A DNA stretch of 13,037 bases from Nitrospirota bacterium (GTDB taxonomy: Bacteria > Nitrospirota > UBA9217), in assembly GCA_963796285.1 (NCBI GenBank), contig CAWCKW010000011.1:1-13037 (forward strand), written 5' to 3'. A model generated the notes under the pieces. That model was not told the origin of the DNA. It worked only from the letters and a program-made list of their open reading frames with translations, and made no database searches. How positions within the stretch are numbered: position 1 is the first letter of the stretch; each line of letters starts with the position of its first letter. Position numbers and translations under genes: made by a program. This document shows positions 1 to 7,113 of the stretch, in pieces.

Positions 1-13
1 CATGATTTATTTA

Positions 14-87
14 TTTTAACTGCTGAATACCGTTTTGAGCCGTGACGCGGGTACGAGCACGGTCTTTCATAAGCTGATTAGTTAAAT
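14..87 (-). other. Possible highly degenerate attC-like site downstream of the YHS gene
   Basis: The minus strand reads ATTTAAC ... CCGTG/CACGG inner stem ... GTTAAAA, followed 10 nt later by an ATG at 3..1. L-box pairing is poor. Confidence 0.25.
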
Positions 88-108
88 GCTGAGGGTATAG
101 AATGGAAG

Positions 109-579
109 TCATGCGATCAATTTTCTGCCGGAAAATTTCAGCCAATTCATATCGGCCTTTTTGATATTACCGGGAATATCCCTACTCCATTTTTCATACG
201 CTGACTGGCTGCAATTCAGGTAAAGCTTCCCGTCAACGATCTTCCATACTTCAGGATCGATTATGGCTTTCCGTGACTCCGTCAAGGCCCAGGCACAATA
301 ACCGTCATATTGCGGAGCGTATTTCTCCGGACTGGCCGCAAACAGATCCCTGTTCTCTTTGGTTGAGAAATACCAAGTCATGTCGTGCCACTGGAAGGTA
401 AATGACTCGCTGCCTTTTAGTGCTTTGCCATCCTTGAAATATGCGACAGTATCATACCCCTTTATGGCCAAATCATCCCCCGGTGACTTTCCGACAGCTA
501 TGCCTCCGAATCCAGTTAATAGTAATAATACAAACGAGAAACTCATGAGAATCCCATCCATTGCTTTCTGTAATTTCAT
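109..579 (-). CDS. YHS domain-containing (seleno)protein family member, Cys form, likely exported
   Basis: 156-aa ORF with a hydrophobic N-terminus and motifs AIKGYDTVAYF, WYFSTKENRDLF, PEKYAPQYDGYCAW and WKIVDGKLYLN, typical of this YHS family. A GGAGG Shine-Dalgarno lies upstream on the minus strand. Confidence 0.85.
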   Translation of the reverse strand: MKLQKAMDGILMSFSFVLLLLTGFGGIAVGKSPGDDLAIKGYDTVAYFKDGKALKGSESFTFQWHDMTWYFSTKENRDLFAASPEKYAPQYDGYCAWALTESRKAIIDPEVWKIVDGKLYLNCSQSAYEKWSRDIPGNIKKADMNWLKFSGRKLIA

Positions 580-648
580 ATCCCACTACCTCCATGTTTA
601 TTATGATTTAAACTGTGTAAAATATGATTATTTACTATACCCAACCAG

Positions 649-696
649 CGCTAACGATGAGTTCGGCGGCTTGGCCGCTGGAACGATTGGTCGGGC
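649..696 (-). mobile_element. Short, partly degenerate integron attC site
   Basis: The minus strand reads GCCCGAC-caatc-GTTCCAGCGGC-caa-GCCGCCGAAC-tcatc-GTTAGCG. This gives an R''-like box (GAC for AAC), a 5-nt spacer, an L''/L' stem with one extrahelical base, a 5-nt spacer and a GTT core. It is only 48 bp long. Confidence 0.65.
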
Positions 697-880
697 GACC
701 GCCTATAACCTGCTGCCCCTTTCTCAAACCTTCTGAAGCGATAGGGAAAAAGCAAACGTGTCGGGTTTCGCGTTGCTTTCCCGCTTTACGGACTTGGAAG
801 GCTGATACGAACTATGACGAGAGGAAACTGAATGAGTGGATCCACTCCCGGAAAGAGCAGGGGGATTCCACGTCGCGGGA

Positions 881-1522
881 TTAAAAGACGCATTTGTTAA
901 CACGCGACTGTGTTGGCCGAGAAACCGGTTCTCCTGATTTGGCGAAATCACGCTCCGCCTCGGCGGTTTTCCCCTGTTTCAAATAAGCAATTCCTCTGTT
1001 ATTATATGCTTTGGAATACCCGGGATTAAGCTGGATGGCTTTTGTATAGTCACGGATGGCCTCGTCAATTTTTCCCTGATCGAAATAAGCGATGCCGCGA
1101 ATGTTATACGCAGCCTGGTTTTTAGGATAGAGACGAATAACCTCGGTGAAGTCTTGAACAGCTTCGTCCACCTTCTTTAAATGATACAAAGCAACGCCTC
1201 GATTAAAGCGAGCCGTGTAGTCGCTTGACGAGAGGCTGATTGCTTTGGAAAATGCTATTGCTGCTTCGTCGTATCTCACTTGCTGCATCAAAACCTTTCC
1301 CAGGTGGTCATAGGCTTCAACATAGTTTGGATTCAGGGCAATCGCGTCAATAAATGCCTTTTTAGCTTCTTCATACTTGCCGCTTTCGAGCAGGCTGTCT
1401 CCCTGCTCCAAAAGTACGTGGGACTGGCTTTGCGCATCAGGCGTTTGAACGCCCTCAGCTGAGAATACGGGTGCTGCAAATGTCAGAGATGCAATTGCCG
1501 TTGCAATAAGTGCCTTTTTCAT
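881..1522 (-). CDS. Secreted tetratricopeptide repeat (TPR) protein
   Basis: Signal peptide MKKALIATAIASLTFAAPVFSA, followed by about 5 34-aa TPR units (e.g. AYNIRGIAYFDQGKIDEAIRDYTKAIQLNP, AYNNRGIAY). AGGAG Shine-Dalgarno upstream. Confidence 0.9.
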   Translation of the reverse strand: MKKALIATAIASLTFAAPVFSAEGVQTPDAQSQSHVLLEQGDSLLESGKYEEAKKAFIDAIALNPNYVEAYDHLGKVLMQQVRYDEAAIAFSKAISLSSSDYTARFNRGVALYHLKKVDEAVQDFTEVIRLYPKNQAAYNIRGIAYFDQGKIDEAIRDYTKAIQLNPGYSKAYNNRGIAYLKQGKTAEAERDFAKSGEPVSRPTQSRVNKCVF

Positions 1523-1793
1523 AGTGTCTCCTGCCGGATAATTTGCTTTGACGTAGTTTCATATTACCCGTTTTACCGCATTCACGCAAATAAATCACTC
1601 AATGGGAAGAACTGATTATGCTATAAGCCGAAAGAAAAGGGAGAACCAGTTGATGTCCGAACGGAACCGTTCCACTACCCCCGTATTTTAAATATAAGTC
1701 CCTGCTTCAATATAGCAGATGGACAGGATTGCCCCTCAGTTTCCCTTTGTCAATCATCAATACCTTGTCCCGGGCAAGAGATCGGCGTCCACC

Positions 1794-2927
1794 CTACAAG
1801 CCTCTGTTCAGATTTTTCTTCAGCGCCTCGACAACGACATCAATCTCCGCCTCAGTCGTTTCTCTCCCCAGGCTGAAGCGAATAGCGCCGCGGGCAAGCG
1901 CGGGGTCCCTACCCATGGCGACCAGAACATGCGACGCATTCACCGTACTACCGTGGCACGCTGCGCCGGGAGAAACAGCAATATTTCTACCCAGTGCCTC
2001 CATGACCGCTATCGAATCGAACCCTTCAAAGCTTATGTTCCAGGTATTCGGAAGCTTTTTTTCAGGATGGCCGTTCAGATGCACCTTCAGTCCCGCGCGT
2101 TTCAGTCCTTCAAACAATCGCTGCCCGAGTTTAATCTGGCGGGGCCCCTCGGTATCCATGATCTCCGAAGCTACCATACATGCCGCGCCCAGCCCGACGA
2201 TGAACGCCGCGTTCTCCGTTCCCGGCCGCAGGCCGCGTTCATGTCCTGCCCCGTGCATCATCGGCTGAAGATTTCGGCCGCTTTTAATATACAAAGCGCC
2301 GATGCCTTTCGGAGCATAAAACTTGTGCCCGGCAATGGTCATGAAATCCATACCAAGATCCCCGACCTGCACGCGGACCTTGCCCACGCTCTGCGCAGCA
2401 TCGGTGTGGAACAGCACGTTACGGGCAGATGCTATTCTGCTCAGCGCCTTAATATCCTGGATCGTCCCGACCTCGTTGTTCGAATGCATGATCGTAACAA
2501 GCGCGGTATTCGGCGTGATCGCCTTTTCGAGGTCAGTTGGATTCACCATGCCGTATTTATCAACCGGCAGGTACGTTACCGTATACCCGAATCGTTCAAG
2601 ATTGCGGCAGGGTTCCAGGACTGCGGGATGCTCGATCTGTGACGTAATGAAGTGCTTCCCCTTGCCTGCTGCCTTGGCGATCCCCTTGATCACCATGTTG
2701 TTCGATTCCGTGGCCCCGCTCGTGAAGATGATCTCCGACGCCTTGCAACCCAGAAGCGCCGCGACTTGCTCGCGCGCCTGTTCGATGCCCGCCTTGAGCG
2801 CGACGCCGTAGGGATGGCTGCTCGATGGATTGCCGTATTTATTCTTCAGATACGGCAGCATTTCGTCGAGGACCCTCGGGTCGACAGGTGTGCTTGCGTT
2901 ATAGTCGAGATAGATGGGGTTCATCAT
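1794..2927 (-). CDS. Cysteine desulfurase, NifS/IscS-like (group I, PLP-dependent aminotransferase class V)
   Basis: Motifs IYLDYNASTP, YGNPSS, FTSGATESNN, HTDAAQSVGK, AGHKFYAPKG (PLP lysine), RPGTEN and SPGAAC (catalytic Cys loop). The start may be 2924. Confidence 0.95.
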   Translation of the reverse strand: MMNPIYLDYNASTPVDPRVLDEMLPYLKNKYGNPSSSHPYGVALKAGIEQAREQVAALLGCKASEIIFTSGATESNNMVIKGIAKAAGKGKHFITSQIEHPAVLEPCRNLERFGYTVTYLPVDKYGMVNPTDLEKAITPNTALVTIMHSNNEVGTIQDIKALSRIASARNVLFHTDAAQSVGKVRVQVGDLGMDFMTIAGHKFYAPKGIGALYIKSGRNLQPMMHGAGHERGLRPGTENAAFIVGLGAACMVASEIMDTEGPRQIKLGQRLFEGLKRAGLKVHLNGHPEKKLPNTWNISFEGFDSIAVMEALGRNIAVSPGAACHGSTVNASHVLVAMGRDPALARGAIRFSLGRETTEAEIDVVVEALKKNLNRGL

Positions 2928-2994
2928 ACAGATTATTCGTTAGCGTGGTTCGCTTCAGACCATCAAGATATGAAACGAACCTGACACAAAAGCG

Positions 2995-3079
2995 TCTCGC
3001 GCAAAGCCGCAAAGGCCGCAAAGGGTAAATCATGAATTCAGCCTTTTTTGGCGCGCTTGGCGGTACTCTTTGCGCGAAA
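2995..3079. repeat. Inverted repeat built from CGCAAAG units
   Basis: The left arm is tctcg-CGCAAAG-c-CGCAAAG-gc-CGCAAAG (2995-3023). The right arm is tttggcg-cg-cttggcgg-tact-ctttgcgcgaaa (3047-3079). Positions 2997-3006 pair perfectly with 3068-3077. Confidence 0.8.
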
Positions 3080-3202
3080 ATTGATTTTGACTTGACTTGA
3101 AAAAACCTGACTCAAAATTAAATATTTTGGTTTGTAAATTACTTAAAAAGATTGAACATGCAATGAAAGACGAAAAAAGATTTTACCTTTCAATCCTAAC
3201 TT

Positions 3203-4129
3203 CTAATGCCGGTTGAATATCCCCATGGTCATGTACCGCTCGCCGACATCAGGCAGGACCGTGACGACCCGCGCGCCTTTTCCGAGTTTCTTCGCCACCT
3301 GGAGCGCTGCCCAGCAAGCCGCACCGGACGAGATGCCTACGAGCATGCCTTCCTCCTGCGCAAGCCGCCGCGTCATGTCGGCAGCATCATCCTGGGTGAC
3401 CTTGATGATCCCGTCGTACACATCTGTGTTCAATATGACGGGAATGAACCCCGCTCCAATGCCCTGAATGGGATGCGGACCAGGCTGACCTCCCGAGAGC
3501 ACCGGAGAGGCGGATGGTTCGACCGCATAGATCGTGATGTCCTTGAACTTTTTCCTGAGCACCTCGCCCACGCCCGTGATCGTGCCGCCGGTCCCGACAC
3601 CTGCCACAAAGGCATCTATCTTCTTTGTGCCCATCTGTTTCAAGATTTCCTTTGCCGTGGTCCTCCGGTGCACCTGCGGGTTCGCGGGATTGCCGAACTG
3701 GTCGGGCTTGAAATATTCCTTGCTCGAGGCGACGATCTCATCGGCCTTGGCGATCGCGCCCTTCATGCCCTTTTCCGCTGGCGTCAGCACAAGCTCGGCG
3801 CCGTAGGCTTCGAGCAGCCTGCGGCGTTCGACCGTCATGGACTCGGGCATGGTGAGGACGATGGTGTAGCCCTTGACCGCGGCGACCATGGCGAGACCGA
3901 TGCCGGTATTGCCGCTCGTGGGCTCCACGATCTTCATGCCCTTTTTGAGCAGTCCCTTTTTCTCCGCGTCTTCGATCATGGCGAGCGCCGGCCGGTCCTT
4001 GACACTCCCTCCGGGGTTGAACCCTTCGAGCTTTGCCCACACCTCTGCATCGCCGGCGCCCGGCAGCTTATTCAGCTTTACCAAAGGCGTGTTCCCGATC
4101 AGGTCCAGCACTGTTTTAATCTTTGGCAT
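3203..4129 (-). CDS. cysK: Cysteine synthase A (O-acetylserine sulfhydrylase)
   Basis: 308 aa with motifs [51 protein letters not shown] and GISSGAA. Confidence 0.96.
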   Translation of the reverse strand: MPKIKTVLDLIGNTPLVKLNKLPGAGDAEVWAKLEGFNPGGSVKDRPALAMIEDAEKKGLLKKGMKIVEPTSGNTGIGLAMVAAVKGYTIVLTMPESMTVERRRLLEAYGAELVLTPAEKGMKGAIAKADEIVASSKEYFKPDQFGNPANPQVHRRTTAKEILKQMGTKKIDAFVAGVGTGGTITGVGEVLRKKFKDITIYAVEPSASPVLSGGQPGPHPIQGIGAGFIPVILNTDVYDGIIKVTQDDAADMTRRLAQEEGMLVGISSGAACWAALQVAKKLGKGARVVTVLPDVGERYMTMGIFNRH

Positions 4130-4175
4130 ATTCGTCCTATTCGTCCTTTCCGATGTCTTGGTCCCGCACTCTTCA

Positions 4176-4223
4176 CCCCGTTAGAAGTTGGGCGGGCAAT
4201 TCCGCCCGCGACTTCTAACGGGG
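4176..4223. repeat. REP/MITE-like palindrome between recN and cysK
   Basis: Perfect 13-bp inverted repeat CCCCGTTAGAAGT (4176-4188) / ACTTCTAACGGGG (4211-4223), enclosing an inner GGGCGG/CCGCCC stem. Confidence 0.85.
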
Positions 4224-4246
4224 CAAGCTCCGAACTCCAAACTTTT

Positions 4247-5947
4247 TTACGCTGCCCCCCGCTCGATCATCTCCTCGGCATGCTTGATCGTGGCCTCGGT
4301 GATGGTCTTTCCGCCGAGCATGCGCGCGATCTCGTCCACGCGTTCCTGTTTGTCGAGCAGCCGCACCTCGGTGCTCGTCCGGTCCTTCTTCACGGACTTG
4401 GTAACACCGTAGTGGCTCCCGGCCATGCTCGCGATCTGCGGCAGATGAGTGATGCAGAAGACCTGTCGTTTTAATGCCACGCGTTTGAGTTTTTTACCGA
4501 CCTCTTCCGCCACCGCCCCGCCGATCCCCGCGTCCACCTCGTCGAACACAAGCGTGGGGATGCTGTCGCCTTCCACCAGGATGGTCTTGAGCGCGAGCAT
4601 GATGCGCGAAAGCTCGCCGCCAGAGGCGATCTTTGCGAGCGGCTTCGGCTCCTCGCCCGGGTTCGGCGAGATCAGGAACTCCACGCGGTTCGCGCCGCGC
4701 GGCCCGAGCTTGAGGCCGTCAAACGTGTCTCCTCCGGGTTCCTGCGTGATCTTCACCGTAAAGGTCGTCTTCTTCATTCCGAGGTGGCTGAGCTCTGTCT
4801 CGACTTTCTTCTCGAGCTCCCGGGCCGCCGTTCTCCGCTTCTTCGTCAGTTGGTTCGCCTTGTCGGTCAATCCGAACTTGATCTCCTGGATCCCGGATTT
4901 CAATTTCTCGATCTCCTCGGTGCTCCGTTCCATGCGGTCGAGCGCAGCCGCCGCTTGTGTGCCGAAGTCGATGATTTCTTCGATCGTATTCCCGTACTTT
5001 TTTTTGAGCTTTTGGATCAGGTCCAGCCGGTCCCCGATCTGCTCCAGCCGCTGGGGATCGGACTCCACCCGGGTGTGGTATGACGTGATCTCCCGTGCAG
5101 CCTCTTCGATCTGCGCGCGGCCCGACTCGCACAGCTCAAGCGCACCCGCGAGGCTGGTGTCGATCTCGGCCAGGTCTTTCAGCCCGTTGATCGCCTTTTT
5201 CAGGCTTGCGAGCGCCGAATCGTCCGATGAATAGAGCGCCTCATCAGCCATGGCGGAAAGGGCCGCGAGCTTTTCAGTGTTTGCCAGGACCTTCTGTGCG
5301 TTCGCCAGCTCTTCTTCCTCACCCGGCTTGAGCTGGGCCGCTTCGATCTCATTCTTCTGGTATCGCAGCAGGTCCTCTCGCTGCGCTCGGTCGCGCTCGC
5401 CCTCCTGGAGTGTTGCCAGGTCCTTTCGAACGTCAAGCAACTTGCGATATGCGTCGATCACTTCATCGAGGAGTTCACCGTGCCCGCCGAAGGAGTCGAG
5501 CATCTCCATCTGGCGTTCGAGGGAGAGCAGCGACTGGTGCTCGTGCTGGCCGTGGATATCGGCAAGGTTCGCGCCCACTGCCGCGAGCGTGGTGAGGTTC
5601 GCCAGGCTCCCGTTGATATAGACCTTGTTCTTGCCCGAGGCAGAGAGCACCCGGCGTACGATCAGGTCCTCGCCCGGGTCCATCTCGATCCCCTGCTCCG
5701 ACAGCAGCTCCATCATCTCCGCTCTACTCCGCCCGTTCAGTTCGAAGGCCGCCTCCACCACGGCTTCCTGAGACCCGGTGCGGATCAGATCAGCGCTCGC
5801 ACGTTCGCCAAGAGCCAGGTTCAGCGCGTCCACCACGATGGACTTGCCTGCCCCGGTCTCGCCGGTGAAAACGTTCAGCCCGGGCGCGAACTCCACCCGG
5901 AGCTGGTCGATGATGGCGATATTTTTTATGTTCAGTTCTTTCAGCAT
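4247..5947 (-). CDS. recN: DNA repair protein RecN
   Basis: Starts MLKELNIKNIAIID at ATG 5947 (566 aa). It has Walker A TGETGAGKS, the IHGQHEHQ motif, a coiled coil, signature ASGGELSR, Walker B FDEVDAGIGG and CITHLPQIA. Confidence 0.97.
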   Translation of the reverse strand: MLKELNIKNIAIIDQLRVEFAPGLNVFTGETGAGKSIVVDALNLALGERASADLIRTGSQEAVVEAAFELNGRSRAEMMELLSEQGIEMDPGEDLIVRRVLSASGKNKVYINGSLANLTTLAAVGANLADIHGQHEHQSLLSLERQMEMLDSFGGHGELLDEVIDAYRKLLDVRKDLATLQEGERDRAQREDLLRYQKNEIEAAQLKPGEEEELANAQKVLANTEKLAALSAMADEALYSSDDSALASLKKAINGLKDLAEIDTSLAGALELCESGRAQIEEAAREITSYHTRVESDPQRLEQIGDRLDLIQKLKKKYGNTIEEIIDFGTQAAAALDRMERSTEEIEKLKSGIQEIKFGLTDKANQLTKKRRTAARELEKKVETELSHLGMKKTTFTVKITQEPGGDTFDGLKLGPRGANRVEFLISPNPGEEPKPLAKIASGGELSRIMLALKTILVEGDSIPTLVFDEVDAGIGGAVAEEVGKKLKRVALKRQVFCITHLPQIASMAGSHYGVTKSVKKDRTSTEVRLLDKQERVDEIARMLGGKTITEATIKHAEEMIERGAA

Positions 5948-5956
5948 AGTAAAGAT

Positions 5957-6058
5957 AGGGTCATGGGTCAAGTAGCAAGGGTCAAGTAACGTCAAATTCA
6001 AAATCACTCTGACCCCGGACCCGTGTCCCTTGACCCTTGACCCCTGACCCCTGACCCT
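5957..6058. repeat. Inverted pair of 7-bp tandem repeat arrays
   Basis: AGGGTCA-TGGGTCA-AGTAGCA-AGGGTCA (5957-5984) faces TGACCCC-GGACCCG-TGTCCCT-TGACCCT-TGACCCC-TGACCCC-TGACCCT (6010-6058). Confidence 0.9.
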
Positions 6059-6612
6059 TTTTTTACCGCATTCGCCTTCTTCATCGCAAAGCGCCCCTGG
6101 GTGGACGTTCCCTTCCCTCCGGCCTTGCGGTACAACTCCGCTGCCTGCTCTTTCCTGCCCATGCGTTCGCTCGCCCTGCCTGCCCAATAGTAAGCGGTGC
6201 CGACCCACATTCCGGATGTTGGATAACTCTCGGGTATTTTCAAGAATTCTGTCACCGCCTCGGCGTCTCTGCCAAGAAGAAAGGTGCAGAACCCGATCCA
6301 GTACTGGGTCTGCGCCCGTTCAGCAGGCTTCTGTTCTTTCAATGCACGGCGGTATGCATCGAGGGCACGCTGGTAATCTGTCAGGCGAAAAAAACTATCG
6401 GCGATCCGGGTATGGAGAACACCTGGGGAAATAGCGTGGGATGAAGAGGAAAGCACTGCCTGATATAATCGAATTGCTTCCGTGTATCGGCCTTGCGAGA
6501 AGAGCTGGTCCGCTTTTACATATTCCCGTGGAACACTCCGGATGCCGGCACTATGCGAAGTACCAGTGAGTGCAAAGATAATAAGGAAAGCGATAATAAA
6601 TATTCTTTTCAT
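6004..6612 (-). CDS. Secreted TPR protein (BamD/CpoB-like repeats)
   Basis: Probable start MKRIFIIAFLIIFALTGTSHSA (signal peptide), followed by TPR-like units ADQLFSQGRYTEAIRLY, QYWIGFCTFLLGRDAEAVTEF and AYYWAGRASERMG. The C-terminus runs into the heptamer array. Confidence 0.85.
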   Translation of the reverse strand: MKRIFIIAFLIIFALTGTSHSAGIRSVPREYVKADQLFSQGRYTEAIRLYQAVLSSSSHAISPGVLHTRIADSFFRLTDYQRALDAYRRALKEQKPAERAQTQYWIGFCTFLLGRDAEAVTEFLKIPESYPTSGMWVGTAYYWAGRASERMGRKEQAAELYRKAGGKGTSTQGRFAMKKANAVKKGSGVRGQGSRDTGPGSE

Positions 6613-6646
6613 AAGAATCATAAGAATCCCGTCCGCCAGTGTGTCA

Positions 6647-6675
6647 AATTTAACACAAAGCATGGGCCTATTCAA
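6647..6675 (-). promoter_or_regulatory. Putative sigma70 promoter for the TPR-recN-cysK run
   Basis: The minus strand reads TTGAAT-N17-TAAATT with an extended TGn, 34 nt upstream of the ATG at 6612. Confidence 0.5.
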
Positions 6676-6889
6676 GGATAATCTTTTCTAGAAATTTGAA
6701 ATATATTCAAAAAAGCAAGGGATTATCCCGGAGACAGGGCGGTAATGAGAAAGAATAAATCCTGCTATACATCGAACAATGTTTTGCCATGCCCTGATAT
6801 CCCACTTTCCCTTGACGACAAGAGGAGACTTGTGGCAGAGTATAATGGACAAGCAGAACGACAAAGTAAAAAACTAAAAGGCATCTCTC

Positions 6890-6988
6890 GCGGAGGCGCG
6901 GAGCTCGCAGAGAAAAGCTTAAAATTGCTCTGGGTTAAGTCAAAGGATTAAAGGTTTTGATGTAACTCTGCGAGCTCCGCGGCTCTGC
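6890..6988. repeat. Inverted repeat built from CGCRGAG units with an AT-rich spacer
   Basis: CGCGGAGCTCGCAGAG (6897-6912) is the exact reverse complement of CTCTGCGAGCTCCGCG (6966-6981). Pairing extends imperfectly about 7 bp outward, and the spacer is 53 bp. Confidence 0.9.
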
Positions 6989-7113
6989 TTGTGCCCGCGT
7001 TATCGCAAGAGCAGGGTACGTGAAAATTGATTCCCATACTTTTTTCAGATTGATCGTTCCATAACTCAAGCAGCCTGAACATCCATTTCCCATGAGGCAG
7101 GACGGCTGTACCT

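Noticed and set aside
109-111. TGA of the YHS gene as a selenocysteine codon
   Set aside because: It falls after the domain's natural end, and read-through gives only a short non-conserved tail.
736-800. c-di-GMP-I riboswitch (GCAAAC seed)
   Set aside because: It lacks the GNRA-capped P2 and the following P3/receptor pattern, and no downstream plus-strand gene is evident.
624-951. Small ORFs 624-884 (+) and 724-951 (-)
   Set aside because: They have no ribosome-binding site or recognisable motifs, and they overlap the attC, the hairpin or the TPR gene end.
4176-4223. Palindrome as an attC site
   Set aside because: GTT precedes AAC (the reverse of attC order), the outer stem is perfect without the attC pattern of extrahelical bases, and it sits between core genes.
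1719-5989. Long plus-strand ORFs (1719-2642, 3206-4474, 4449-5234 and others)
   Set aside because: These are antisense shadows of well-supported GC-rich genes and show no recognisable motifs.
5957-6058. Repeat arrays as a CRISPR
   Set aside because: The units are 7 bp and contiguous, with no unique spacers and no cas genes.
5948-6208. 87-aa N-terminal extension of RecN in the ORF track (start 6208)
   Set aside because: It overlaps the TPR gene in another frame and crosses the repeat array. RecN homology begins at MLKEL (5947).
6812-6846. TTGACG...TATAAT as a sigma70 promoter for lipM
   Set aside because: The spacer is 23 bp, which is too long. The TATAAT alone may still function.
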